Part shown: one piece after another, positions 9,449 through 19,411 of the stretch
Layout: each line of letters begins with the position of its first letter
Position numbering within the stretch: position 1 is the stretch's first letter
Origin: an uncultured delta proteobacterium
Lineage (GTDB): Bacteria > Myxococcota_A > Polyangia > Haliangiales > Haliangiaceae
Length of the DNA stretch: 64,000 nucleotides
Reading direction: 5' to 3'
NCBI GenBank assembly: GCA_963848295.1
Contig: CAWKDB010000010.1
Coordinates: forward strand, 1,536,001 to 1,600,000
The notes under the pieces: model-generated
The model's database searches: none
What the model was told of the DNA's origin: nothing
The model's input: only the letters and a program-made list of their open reading frames with translations
Translations under genes and position numbers: made by a program

Positions 9449-11200
9449 GTGGGCGACACGATCCCGCATCGGCTGCTGCGCAAGGCGGTGGAGCGACCGT
9501 CGACGATCGCCTATCAAGCGAAGGTCGGCGGCCGCTGGCAACCCACGACGTATCAAACCTACGTCGCCGAGATCCGTACCGCGGCGCGCGCGTTGATCGC
9601 ACTCGGCTATGCGCGCGGCGGCAAGGTCGCGATCCTCGGCTTCAACACGCCGGAGTGGGTGATCCTCGATCACGCGGCGATGATGGCGGGCGGTGCGCCG
9701 GCCGGGATCTATACGACGTGCTCGCCCGACGAGGTTTCATACATCATTCACCACAGCGAAGCCCTGGTCGTGCTCGTCGAGAACGCGGCGCAACTCGCGA
9801 AGGTGCAAGCGCGCCGCGCCCAGTTGCCGTTGCTCCAATGGATCGTGTTGATGCGAGGCGCGAACGATGTCGCGACCGGCGGCGACGTGCTGTCGTGGGA
9901 CCAGTTTCTGTCGCGTGCCGACTCGGTCACAGACGCCGAGCTCGATCGCCGCGTCGACGCGCTGCAACCCGACGACCTCGCGACGCTGATCTATACGTCG
10001 GGGACCACCGGGCCGCCGAAGGGCGTGATGCTGTCGCACGACAACTTGTCGTTCACCGCGCAGCTGCTGCTCGACATCGGCGGCCGCCATACCGACGACA
10101 TCATGTTGTCGTATCTTCCGTTGTCGCATATCGCCGAGCAGATGTGCACGGTCCACATGCCCGCGACCGCGGGCTCGACCGTGTGCTTCGCCGAATCGCT
10201 CGAGAAGGTGGCCGACAACATCAAAGAGGTCCGGCCGACCGCGATGTTCGGCGTCCCGCGGATCTGGGAGAAGTTTCACGCCGGCTTGGCGGCGAAGCTC
10301 GGCGAGACGACCGGCGTCAAGAAGCGGCTCGTGACCTGGGCCCGCGGCGTGTGCTCCGAGGTGTCGGCGCTGCGCGACCGGGGCCAGCCGATTCCGCGCT
10401 TGCTCGCGGCGCGCCACCGGATCGCCGACCGCCTCGTGATCAGCAAGCTCAAGGCTGCGCTCGGCTTCGACCGCGTGCGCGACCTGTTCTCCGGCGCGGC
10501 GCCGATCGCACCCGACGTGCTCGAGTTCTTCAACAGCCTCGATCTGCCGGTCCGCGAGATCTACGGCCAGTCCGAGGACACCGGCCCGACCTCGTGCAAC
10601 CTCGTGGGCCAGACCAAGATCGGCTCGGTCGGGGTCGCCCTGCCCGGCCTCACCGTCAAGATCGCCGAGGACGGCGAGATCCTGGTCAAAGGTCGCAACG
10701 TCTTCATGGGCTACTACAAGGAGCCCGAGGCGACCGCCGAGGCGCTGCACGACGGTTGGCTGCTGTCGGGTGACCTCGGCGCGTTCGACGCGAACGGCTA
10801 TCTCACGATCACCGGCCGCAAGAAAGAGATCATCATCACCGCCGGCGGCAAGAACATCGCGCCGAAGAACATCGAGGCGATGCTCAAGATGTCGCCGCTC
10901 GTCGCGGAAGCCGTCGTGATCGGCGACCGCCGCAAGTTCCTCACCGCGTTGGTCACGCTCGACGATGCCGCCGCGAAGAAGGTCGGTGGCGAGACCGAGG
11001 TTCGCGCCGCGATCCAGAAGCAGGTCGACGAAGCGAACGAGACGCTCGCGCGCGTCGAGCAGATCAAGAAGTTCGCGATCCTCGCCAAGCCGTTCGGGAT
11101 CGATTCCGGCGAGCTCACGCCGACGATGAAGATCAAGCGCAAGGTCGTCGCGCAGATGTACGCGCGGGAGATCGATGCGATGTACGCGGACGATCGGTGA
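9449..11200 (+). CDS. Long-chain fatty acyl-CoA synthetase (AMP-dependent synthetase/ligase)
   Basis: IYTSGTTGPPKGVMLSH, SYLPLSHIAEQ, GVPRIWEK, YGQSE, SGDLG, GRKKEIIITAGGKNIAP, ELTPTMKIKR. Confidence 0.95.
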   Translation: MGDTIPHRLLRKAVERPSTIAYQAKVGGRWQPTTYQTYVAEIRTAARALIALGYARGGKVAILGFNTPEWVILDHAAMMAGGAPAGIYTTCSPDEVSYIIHHSEALVVLVENAAQLAKVQARRAQLPLLQWIVLMRGANDVATGGDVLSWDQFLSRADSVTDAELDRRVDALQPDDLATLIYTSGTTGPPKGVMLSHDNLSFTAQLLLDIGGRHTDDIMLSYLPLSHIAEQMCTVHMPATAGSTVCFAESLEKVADNIKEVRPTAMFGVPRIWEKFHAGLAAKLGETTGVKKRLVTWARGVCSEVSALRDRGQPIPRLLAARHRIADRLVISKLKAALGFDRVRDLFSGAAPIAPDVLEFFNSLDLPVREIYGQSEDTGPTSCNLVGQTKIGSVGVALPGLTVKIAEDGEILVKGRNVFMGYYKEPEATAEALHDGWLLSGDLGAFDANGYLTITGRKKEIIITAGGKNIAPKNIEAMLKMSPLVAEAVVIGDRRKFLTALVTLDDAAAKKVGGETEVRAAIQKQVDEANETLARVEQIKKFAILAKPFGIDSGELTPTMKIKRKVVAQMYAREIDAMYADDR

Positions 11201-11964
11201 CCGCGGTCTGGCCGCGCACGAGCTATGTCGTCGGCGGCGGTCCGGCGGCGATCGCGCTGATCGCGCTCGCGCGCACGAAGCTGCCCGATCCGCTGCCGAT
11301 CTCGCGCAACCGTCACGGCATGCCGCACGACGGCGACGGTCCCGATGCGATCGCGCTGGTCGCTCGCGACCGCGCCGAGGATCCCGCGTGGTTCGTCGAG
11401 CAGGTCGTCGCGCCGTTCGCGGATCTGATCGCGGCCGACCTCGGGGCATCGGTCGCCGCCGCCGCGCTCGCTTCCGAGCATGCCTACGTCATCGAGGCCG
11501 AGCTCGCCGATCCCGACGATCTCGGCCACGTCCAGGCCGCGTGGGCGCTCGCGAAGTGCGTGTGCGAAGAGGGCGCGACGATCGTGATCGACGTCTACGC
11601 GGCGCGCGCCCACCTCGGACAAGAGGTCGCGGCGCTCGCGCCGGATCGCGGGTTCGACGTGATGCACGAAGTGACGCTGTTCTTCGACGAGGTCGGCGAC
11701 GGTACGCTCGCCGCGTGGTCGCTCGGCCTGCGCAAGTTCGGCCGTCCCGATATCGTGTTGCTCGGCGTCGCCCCCGAAGCCGCGACCGAGGCCGCACTCG
11801 TGTTGCGCGATGTCGCCGCGACGCTCGCTGCCGGCGAGCGGATCGAGCCCGGGGACGTCGTCGATACGCCGGGCAAAGGTCCGCTCGTCGCGCAGCGCTT
11901 CGCGTCCGAGACCGCGCCCATCGTCGCGGTCGAAGGCGAGGCGATCGTGTTAGCGCGACAGTAG
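11197..11964 (+). CDS. Hypothetical protein, DUF4261-like C-terminus
   Basis: GTGA overlap with the ligase; SLGLRKFGRPDIVL...ERIEPGD pattern. Confidence 0.7.
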   Translation: MTAVWPRTSYVVGGGPAAIALIALARTKLPDPLPISRNRHGMPHDGDGPDAIALVARDRAEDPAWFVEQVVAPFADLIAADLGASVAAAALASEHAYVIEAELADPDDLGHVQAAWALAKCVCEEGATIVIDVYAARAHLGQEVAALAPDRGFDVMHEVTLFFDEVGDGTLAAWSLGLRKFGRPDIVLLGVAPEAATEAALVLRDVAATLAAGERIEPGDVVDTPGKGPLVAQRFASETAPIVAVEGEAIVLARQ

Positions 11965-13515
11965 CCCGACGAGTAAAGCACCGTAGACGCGAACCAGCGT
12001 CGTGAGATCGGCGTCGGTGAAATGCAGCGTCGCGCCGAGGAAGTAATCGCGGCCGTAGCGCAGCTTGTCGAACTGGGTCGGTACGGTGGTGGGGCCGGTC
12101 TCGATCGGCAGGTACTCGCCCTTGTTGAGCGCGTCATCGATGCCGGCGATCAAGTACACCGAGCGAAACACTTCGAGTGCCGCCGCGAGCTTGAGGTCGG
12201 GTCGCGGATTGAACGAGCCGAACAAGTCGGCGGAGAACCGCAACTTGCCATTGCCCAGCAACAGCGCATCCGCGCCGATGCCGAAGTTCGAGTCCTTGAT
12301 GCCGCCGCGCAGCTGGAACCAGCCGCCGAATCGCTTGCCGTACTCGAGGGTGAACCGCAGGCTGTCGTCGATCGTTTGCGTGCGATCGAACGTATCGCTG
12401 CCGGTCACGTCGGACAGCGAGTCACCCGGGCGTGCACCGAGCTGCGATTTCTCGAGCTCGACGAGCACGAAGTTGTCTTTGTGCGCGGCGAGCTCGGCGG
12501 TGACGTAGTAGCGCGGGATGTGCGAGAAGATGTTGTACTCGGCGCGGAACCCGAGCCACGAGCGGAACTTCGTGAAGCTCGCGGTGCCGCTCGCGATCGT
12601 ATCGGTGGTGTCGTCGAGCGACTCGCCCAGCTCGCCGTCGTTGATCAACCGGCCGAGCCCGCCCTTGAAGTCGTCGCCTCGGCCCTCGTTGACCGCCTCC
12701 ACGACGTCGGCGACTTGCTGGATCGGCTTGTCGACCTGGTCGAGGCCAGCGCGCGTGCGAGCGAGCGCGTCGTGCAGGCCGGACTTGAGGTCGGCCATCT
12801 GCTTGCGCGCGCTCGTGATGCGGTGATCGAATGACGTGATGCCGTCGGGGATCGATTGCTTCGCGCCCGCGACCGCCGCCGCGGCGCGCTCGGTCCCCTG
12901 GTCGACGCGCTCCATCGCGCGCTCGGCGGCGCCCAACGGAGATTCGACGTGGCCAGCGTCGAGCCAGCGCTCGGCACCGGCGAGTCCGGCGACGACCGGG
13001 CCGCTGACCCAACGCCGCGCGTCGAGCATGAAGCCGTGCGCGGTATCGAGCGCACGATCGACTTTCGGCATCGCGCGCCCGATCCCTCTCAACACGCTGT
13101 CGGTCGACGACCCCTCGAGGACGTGGATGAGCTGTTCGCCCGACTTGAGCCGGCGCGCGGTCGCCGCGCCCGCCTCGCCCGTGGTCGGCACGATCTCGAT
13201 GTAGCTGTCGCCGAACGCCGATTCGGCGCGCTTGGTCACCCACGAGTCGATCGGAATATCGACGTCGTCGACGAGACGCAGGTCGACGCGCGCGAGCCCG
13301 GCCTCGACCGACAGCCGCGACACCTCGCCGACGTGAACGCCCGCGATCATCACCGGCGAGCCGCTCGCCAGGCGCGAGCCGTCGCGAAACAACGCCCAGG
13401 TCGTGAATGCCTGGCCGACCTTCGTGTCGGGCATGCGCGACCGGATCAACAACGCGGCGGCTCCGACGACCGTGAGGATCACGGCGAAGGTCACGAACCG
13501 CGACAGCCAGCGCAC
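11950..13515 (-). CDS. MCE/MlaD-family protein with a long helical region and a beta-strand C-terminus
   Basis: N-terminal TM helix; FRDGSRLASGSPVMIAGVHVGEV and SAFGDSYIEIVP (MCE motifs). Confidence 0.88.
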   Translation of the reverse strand: MRWLSRFVTFAVILTVVGAAALLIRSRMPDTKVGQAFTTWALFRDGSRLASGSPVMIAGVHVGEVSRLSVEAGLARVDLRLVDDVDIPIDSWVTKRAESAFGDSYIEIVPTTGEAGAATARRLKSGEQLIHVLEGSSTDSVLRGIGRAMPKVDRALDTAHGFMLDARRWVSGPVVAGLAGAERWLDAGHVESPLGAAERAMERVDQGTERAAAAVAGAKQSIPDGITSFDHRITSARKQMADLKSGLHDALARTRAGLDQVDKPIQQVADVVEAVNEGRGDDFKGGLGRLINDGELGESLDDTTDTIASGTASFTKFRSWLGFRAEYNIFSHIPRYYVTAELAAHKDNFVLVELEKSQLGARPGDSLSDVTGSDTFDRTQTIDDSLRFTLEYGKRFGGWFQLRGGIKDSNFGIGADALLLGNGKLRFSADLFGSFNPRPDLKLAAALEVFRSVYLIAGIDDALNKGEYLPIETGPTTVPTQFDKLRYGRDYFLGATLHFTDADLTTLVRVYGALLVGLLSR

Positions 13516-13618
13516 GCGCCGAGTCTACACGCCAGGAGACCGTAGCGCGCAGCGCATACGGTCGGCATGAGCGGCAGGGGCAGGAGCAGGGAACAATGAC
13601 GGCGCAGCCGCACCTTTG

Positions 13619-14605
13619 TTACCGGTTGCAGTCGCCGGTCAATGGAATCATCGGCCCGTTGTCGATCACCTCGAAGTCCTCGACCTTGAGGGCTGCCAGG
13701 TCGTGAGGATCGAGCAAGCCGTCCCACTTCGCGGTCGAATAACGGTCGTCTTGGCCGGTCAGCGCGATGTTGCCGCCGTCCGCCTGGTACATGCCGTACT
13801 TCTGCAGGGCGCGCGCGACGACTTGCGCGCCGGCGCTCGGCAGCGACGACACATCGTAGTCCGCGCGCAGCCGCAACTGGAAGCCGTAATACGGTAGGCC
13901 AGCGCCGCCGGTGGTCGACGTGCCGTGCGTCGCCGGTCGGACGAAGCCCTCTTGCATGCGATCGTTCGGCATGATGAAGCGGATCGCGTGATCGATCGAG
14001 CCTGCGGCGACCTCGTCGGCGGTGAACAGCATCGGCGACATCGGGAAGCCGGCCGCGTCGGCGCTCGTGCACTGGTCGCCCCGCAGCGTCGCGTCGTAGC
14101 TCTTCGTAGTGTCCCACACCGCGAGGCAACCGCCTTGAAAATCGCTGCCGTTGATGTTCGCGCGCCACATCTCGTAGAGCTTGCCGGCGTCTTGATCGAA
14201 CACGAGCAGATGGCAGTCGCCGTCCTGCGTGCACGCATAGCCGGTCTCGCCTTCGACGTTGCCACCGGTCGGCACCGGCATCTGCACGTCGTCGCAATCG
14301 GGCGAATAGAAGTCATCGGTCGGCGTGAACGTCAACATCGGCGTCGACGAGTCCGCCGCGAGCGTCACGATCGAGAAGTCGATCTGAAACTTGTTGCCGT
14401 TGCCCCAGCCGCCCGCCGCGCTCAAGGCTGCGATGATCGCCGCGCTGTTCGCGGCCGGCGCGCTGCCCGAGACGTCGGTGTCGAAGAACATCGGTTGCTC
14501 GAAGAACGGCCCCGATGTGCCCATCCCGCCGCCACCGCCGCCACCGCCGCCACCGCCACCACCACACGCCGCGACCACGCCAAGAGCTACGAGATACCCG
14601 CGCAT
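13619..14605 (-). CDS. Conserved hypothetical lipoprotein with poly-Gly linker
   Basis: Lipobox VVAA-C; GDCHLLV, LYEMW, SADAAGFP, IDHAIRF, RALQKYGMYQADGG. Confidence 0.82.
   Translation of the reverse strand: MRGYLVALGVVAACGGGGGGGGGGGGGMGTSGPFFEQPMFFDTDVSGSAPAANSAAIIAALSAAGGWGNGNKFQIDFSIVTLAADSSTPMLTFTPTDDFYSPDCDDVQMPVPTGGNVEGETGYACTQDGDCHLLVFDQDAGKLYEMWRANINGSDFQGGCLAVWDTTKSYDATLRGDQCTSADAAGFPMSPMLFTADEVAAGSIDHAIRFIMPNDRMQEGFVRPATHGTSTTGGAGLPYYGFQLRLRADYDVSSLPSAGAQVVARALQKYGMYQADGGNIALTGQDDRYSTAKWDGLLDPHDLAALKVEDFEVIDNGPMIPLTGDCNR
14525..14563 (-). repeat. Poly-Gly codon tract (about 13 Gly) immediately after the lipoprotein Cys
   Basis: gcc/acc repeats on the + strand. Confidence 0.85.
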
Positions 14606-14620
14606 GCGGTCATCGTCGCA

Positions 14621-16495
14621 CTACTTCTCGCCGCGAACCAAGTAGTAGTGCACACCGTGCTGCGGGTGCGACATGCGGATCGCGAGCGCCCTACCCGGCG
14701 GCGGCCCGACCGTCGCATGAAACCGCCGCGAACGATCGATGGGCACGTCGACACCTTCGACCTTCGCGGTCCAGCCGTTGAGTACGGCGCCACGCACTTC
14801 GATGTCACCCGTGAACGCAGCCCCGTTCTGAGGCGACTCCAGGTACACCTGCGCTGCGGTCTGGTCGAAGCTGATGATCAGCGTCGAGACCTTGTCTTGC
14901 TTCACGCCGTCGTGATCGACCCAGTAGGTATACGTACCCTCCTTGAGCGCGGTGCCGGGCACGAGGAACCTGCCGGTCGTCGATTCGAACGTCTTGTCGG
15001 TGCCGCCCGCGGCCATGTGCAGCGTGAACGCCGAGCCGGGGCCCTTGTAGCGAACGTCGAAGTTCGGCACCGAGCTCTGATAGCCGACGCGCACCGTCTG
15101 GCCGAGCGTGTCGATCTGATTGACCGACGTGTTGGGGGGCGGCAACGCGCGGCGGCCCGCGTCGCGAATCGCGACGATCCGACCCGACGCGACCGGCGGG
15201 CCCTCGCTGTCGCCGACCGTGCACCGGATCCGGTAGTACCAGCCGCCGCTCGGGATGTAGAGGTTCGCGTTCTCCTTGCCGGCCGAGACGCGCGGCGCGG
15301 GGAACCCGGGATGCGAATCGAGGTCGACGACTCCGCCGTTCGGACACTTCGCCGAGAAGTCGAACTGCACCGCGGTCGGCCCCTTCGGATCGTGGATCGT
15401 GAACGACTCGCCGTTCGTCGCCCGGAAATCGAAGTACGACGGAATCGAGACGTCGACCCGGATCGTGCCGGCCGGCGCGAGCGTCGCGCTCTCGCCGCGG
15501 CTCATCTGGAGCGCGGCATTGCCGGCGCCGGTGAGCCTGACCGAATCGCGCAGGACCGCGACGCGCGTCTCGCGGCCGGTGACGTCGACCTTCGCGATCG
15601 CGGGCGCCTTCTCGGTTCCCTTGAGCGCGACCGCGCCGCCAGGCACCGCGATCTTGCCTTCGGCCGTCGCCGGCACCGACGCCTTGGCGCTGCCGAGCTC
15701 GAGCGCGAAGACGTTGTCGTCGGACAGGCTGATGCGCGCCCCCGAGACGAGATCGATCGTCGTGCCGCTCGCGACCGCGGTGGCGGTCGTGCCGTAGCCG
15801 AGGCGGATCTTCGTGCCCTTGGCAAACGTCGACGGCCCCTCGGGCACCGGCTGCCACTTCTTCTCGCCCGCGGGTAGCACCTCGGCGTGCTTGCCCTTGA
15901 CGTCGATCGTCGTGTCGGTCGCCACCGGCGCGGCATCGGGCGGCGCGGCGTCGACGACGACACCGGCATCGACCGAGGCGATCACGACGTTCGAGATATC
16001 GGGCACGAACGCCTGACCGAGCTCGAGACTGGTCTGCGAGCCGGCCTTGTTCACGAACGTCGCGCTACCGGCCTCGAGCTTGAACTCACCGCCCCTGCCG
16101 TTCGCGGTGATCCGGATCCGGCCGTCTTTGCCGATCTTGACCGCACCGATGTCGAGGTTGACGTCGCCGCCAGACAACAACACGCTGCCGAGCTCGACGC
16201 TGATCGTGCCGCCGCCCTGGCCGCCGAACCGCAACACCGAGTGCGGCTGCATCTCGATCTGCGCGGTGTTCGCGAGTCGCAATAACGCGGTGCCGTCACC
16301 GGTGCGCGCGGCATCGCCGAGGAAGAACTGATCGCCGACCGCGGACGGCTTCCACTCGGCTTGGCCTTCCTGGCGCTCGATCGTCGACTTGGCTTCGACC
16401 AGCTCCGCGATGCCGATCTTCTTCTTGCTGCCGCATCCCGCGATCGCGAGGGCGACGACACATACGGCGAAGAAGGCGACTCTCCGGCTGTGCAT
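14621..16495 (-). CDS. Lipoprotein with two FecR-like beta domains and C-terminal Ig-like domains
   Basis: Lipobox IAG-C; GDAARTGDGTALLRLANTAQIEMQPHSVL and a second copy KGTKIRLGYGTTATAVASGTTIDL. Confidence 0.7.
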   Translation of the reverse strand: MHSRRVAFFAVCVVALAIAGCGSKKKIGIAELVEAKSTIERQEGQAEWKPSAVGDQFFLGDAARTGDGTALLRLANTAQIEMQPHSVLRFGGQGGGTISVELGSVLLSGGDVNLDIGAVKIGKDGRIRITANGRGGEFKLEAGSATFVNKAGSQTSLELGQAFVPDISNVVIASVDAGVVVDAAPPDAAPVATDTTIDVKGKHAEVLPAGEKKWQPVPEGPSTFAKGTKIRLGYGTTATAVASGTTIDLVSGARISLSDDNVFALELGSAKASVPATAEGKIAVPGGAVALKGTEKAPAIAKVDVTGRETRVAVLRDSVRLTGAGNAALQMSRGESATLAPAGTIRVDVSIPSYFDFRATNGESFTIHDPKGPTAVQFDFSAKCPNGGVVDLDSHPGFPAPRVSAGKENANLYIPSGGWYYRIRCTVGDSEGPPVASGRIVAIRDAGRRALPPPNTSVNQIDTLGQTVRVGYQSSVPNFDVRYKGPGSAFTLHMAAGGTDKTFESTTGRFLVPGTALKEGTYTYWVDHDGVKQDKVSTLIISFDQTAAQVYLESPQNGAAFTGDIEVRGAVLNGWTAKVEGVDVPIDRSRRFHATVGPPPGRALAIRMSHPQHGVHYYLVRGEK

Positions 16496-16496
16496 G

Positions 16497-18080
16497 CTAC
16501 TTGTGCAAGTCCACGTTCTTGATGTTGACGCCGTTCGGGTCGATCACGATCTCGAGCTGCTGCGCCGCGAACCCCTTCGCGGTGAACGAGGCCTTGTACG
16601 AACCCGGCGGTAGCTCGATCTTGAATGCACCCTCGGCGTCGCTCACCGTCTTCTTGTCCGCGATCGTGATCGTCGCGTTCGCGATTCCCTTCCCGGTCTT
16701 CGCATCGTGGATGAAGCCCGAGAACGTGCCCGGCGGCAGCAGCGGATCGAGCTTGATCACCGGCACGGTGTTCGGACCCTTCACCAGCGTGAGCGTCGCC
16801 CGGCCCGGCTTCTTGTTATCGACGTCGACGTCGATCTCGGCGCCGGTATCATCGAGCTCGGTCTTGCCGGCCTTGGTCTCGCCGATCCTGAGCTTCGACA
16901 CCGTGTAGTTACCCTTGTCGTCGGTCGCTCCGGTACCGGTGATCTTCGCGAGCTTCACCGTGATCTTCGCGCCGACGACCGGCGTGCCGGCGTCGTCGGT
17001 GACTTGACCGCTGACGTCCGCGAACTCGTCGACCGCCTTGGCCTCGCACGTGTTCGTCCGCGCGCAGTCGTTGACGTGGATGTGAGTGTCGCGCTTCGGC
17101 CCGCCGAACCGACCGTCGAGCCCGATCCCGAACGTGAAGCTCGGCTCGTATGGGACGATCGGGATGTTCTGCGACATGACCTGAGCGGCGGTGATCCCGG
17201 GGGACTTCGCCACGTCGAAGTACGCGAGGAGCGACCACTCGTCGGTGAAGTGATAGCCGCCGGTCAGCGTGCCGCGCACGATGACCTTGCCGTCGTCGAG
17301 CGTCGCCATCGGGCGGTCGCTCGGCGGGCTGCCGAGGAACGCCTCGAAGCTGCCTTCGAGCCCGACCCAGGCCTTGCCAGCAGGGATCGTGACGTGGGCA
17401 CCACCGAACGCTTCGTTGTAGTCGGACACGCCGAGCGAGATCCGATCCGACAGCGATAGCTGATCGAGGTCCGGCGCGCTCTTCGAGCTGTTATCGAGCC
17501 GGAAGCCGATGTCGACCGAGAGCATCGCCGGACCGGCCGGGATCGAGCCGATCGCGCGCAGATCGACCGAGGTCGCCGACCCGGACACCGAGGGTGCGTT
17601 CTTGCCCGGGACCCAAACCCCGAGTTGCGCGCCGACGTGAGCGGTGCCGAAGCCTTTCGCGACCCGGACCATGAGGCGCGGGTCGCCGACGTAGCCGTCG
17701 TCTTCGAACCCGGCGCCGAAGTGCTTGTCGTAACGACCGTCGAGCGACAGGCCGATCGTCAGGATGTCGAGCGGTGCGTACGCGACCGCGAGCGAGCCGA
17801 GCGCGCGATCGAACGAATGCGTGGAGGCGAGCAAGCCCGAGCTGTGGCCGTAGCCGTCGATCGTGCCGACCTCGACAGCGCCCGCCGGGAGCGTGATCGC
17901 GCTCGTGACGTGCATCCCGCCCGGCATGGCTCCGTAGCCAATTTCTTGAGCCGGCGCTGGATTCGGCGCGACGTCGGCGGCCGCGGAGACATCACCGCCC
18001 GAGGGTTCGGGTTGAGCAATCGCTGCAGGCGCTGCGACCACGACGCAAAGAACCGTTGCGAGTCCCGACCGGCAGCGCAT
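16497..18080 (-). CDS. Exported protein: probable outer-membrane beta-barrel plus two carboxypeptidase-regulatory-like domains
   Basis: Signal peptide; amphipathic strands (GDPRLMVRV, FTFGIGLDGRF); VSGQVTDDAGTPVVGAKI...TDDKGNY and SDAEGAFKIELPPGSY. Confidence 0.75.
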   Translation of the reverse strand: MRCRSGLATVLCVVVAAPAAIAQPEPSGGDVSAAADVAPNPAPAQEIGYGAMPGGMHVTSAITLPAGAVEVGTIDGYGHSSGLLASTHSFDRALGSLAVAYAPLDILTIGLSLDGRYDKHFGAGFEDDGYVGDPRLMVRVAKGFGTAHVGAQLGVWVPGKNAPSVSGSATSVDLRAIGSIPAGPAMLSVDIGFRLDNSSKSAPDLDQLSLSDRISLGVSDYNEAFGGAHVTIPAGKAWVGLEGSFEAFLGSPPSDRPMATLDDGKVIVRGTLTGGYHFTDEWSLLAYFDVAKSPGITAAQVMSQNIPIVPYEPSFTFGIGLDGRFGGPKRDTHIHVNDCARTNTCEAKAVDEFADVSGQVTDDAGTPVVGAKITVKLAKITGTGATDDKGNYTVSKLRIGETKAGKTELDDTGAEIDVDVDNKKPGRATLTLVKGPNTVPVIKLDPLLPPGTFSGFIHDAKTGKGIANATITIADKKTVSDAEGAFKIELPPGSYKASFTAKGFAAQQLEIVIDPNGVNIKNVDLHK

Positions 18081-18166
18081 TGTAAAAAGTGTAAGGCGCA
18101 GCGGAGGGTAATTTCCAGTGCACGCCCGATCTTCTTACTTCATTAAGCGCTTGCGCCGCTCGTCAG

Positions 18167-19411
18167 CTAGTGCCGCAACCAGCGCAGGAGCTCGCCGAGA
18201 CCGGGGCGCTTTCCGTACATCAAGATTCCAACGCGGTAGATTTTTGCAGCCGCGCGCGACACGAGGTACGTCGACGCCGCGAGGATCGCGAGCGACAGCC
18301 CGACCTCGGCGCCGGTCGCACCGCCGAGCAAGTAGCGCAGCGGCATCAACATCGGCGACCACATCGGGACCAGCGTCATCGCGGCCGACGTCGGGCCGCG
18401 GGGATCACCGGTGATCGCGGTCATCGACACCATGCCGATCACGAGAAACATCGTGATCGGCATCTGCGCCTGCTGCGATTCTTGATCGGACGCGACGATC
18501 GCGCCGACGCCGGCGTAGAGCGACGAATAGAACAGATAGCCGAGCACGAAGAACGAGCCGATCACGGCGAGCTGACCGGCGCCGAGCTCCGGCAGGGCCG
18601 CGCCGGAGCTGCTCAACCCGAGTCCGGACAGGATCGCCGATTGATACGCGAGCGCGATCCCGGCGGCGATCAGCCAGAGCGCGATCTGAGCGAGCCCGGC
18701 ACCGCCGACCCCGAGGATCTTGCCGGCCATCATGGAACGCGTGGTCGTCGCCGCCGCCATGAGCTCGACGACGCGGCTGGTCTTCTCGGTGACCACGCTG
18801 CGCATCACGTTGATGCCGTACAGCGTGATCATCATGTAGAGGATGAACGCGATGATGTAGCCGAGCACGAACGTCGCCGCGCCCGACTCGCCTTCGGTCT
18901 CGCCGTTGGTGTGCAGCTTCTTGATCTTGGGCGGCGTGACGAGCGCTGCGATCTGGTCCGCGCTCAGGTGGTCCTCGATCCCGCGCTGGGCGATCACGAC
19001 CCCGACCACCGTCCTCTCGAGCGTCATCGCGACCATCTGATTCGTCGCGTTGTCGCCCTGATAGACGATCTCGCCGCCGTGCACGCCGTCGGCAGGGATC
19101 CGGATGAAGCCGCTGACCTTCTTGTCGCGGATCTTGTCGCGCAACGCTTGATCGGTCGTGTCGGGCGGCACGACCGTGCCGATCCAGTGCTCGTCGCCGT
19201 TCGCGAACGCCTTGACGAGCGGCGCGCCGAGCACGCCGGTCGCGTCGACGATATCGACCTTCGCATGCTTCGTGCCGCGGCTCGCGAGCAACGCCGGCAC
19301 GATGAACAGCCCGAGCATCAAGATCGGGCCGAGCACGGTCATCGCGACGAACCACTTCGTGCGCACGCGCTCGAGGAACTCGCGCTTCGCGATCACCCAG
19401 GTTTCACGCAT
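18167..19411 (-). CDS. ABC-2 type exporter permease (NatB/YhaP-like)
   Basis: IAKREFLERVRTKWF, VMRSVVTEKTSRVVEL, MAGKILG, AAKIYRVGILMYGKRP. Confidence 0.92.
   Translation of the reverse strand: MRETWVIAKREFLERVRTKWFVAMTVLGPILMLGLFIVPALLASRGTKHAKVDIVDATGVLGAPLVKAFANGDEHWIGTVVPPDTTDQALRDKIRDKKVSGFIRIPADGVHGGEIVYQGDNATNQMVAMTLERTVVGVVIAQRGIEDHLSADQIAALVTPPKIKKLHTNGETEGESGAATFVLGYIIAFILYMMITLYGINVMRSVVTEKTSRVVELMAAATTTRSMMAGKILGVGGAGLAQIALWLIAAGIALAYQSAILSGLGLSSSGAALPELGAGQLAVIGSFFVLGYLFYSSLYAGVGAIVASDQESQQAQMPITMFLVIGMVSMTAITGDPRGPTSAAMTLVPMWSPMLMPLRYLLGGATGAEVGLSLAILAASTYLVSRAAAKIYRVGILMYGKRPGLGELLRWLRH

Noticed and set aside
13533..13565. Hairpin GACCGTA...TACGGTC between the poly-Gly lipoprotein and MCE genes
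   Set aside because: No U-tract and no resemblance to an RNA family I recognise; could be a weak terminator or chance.
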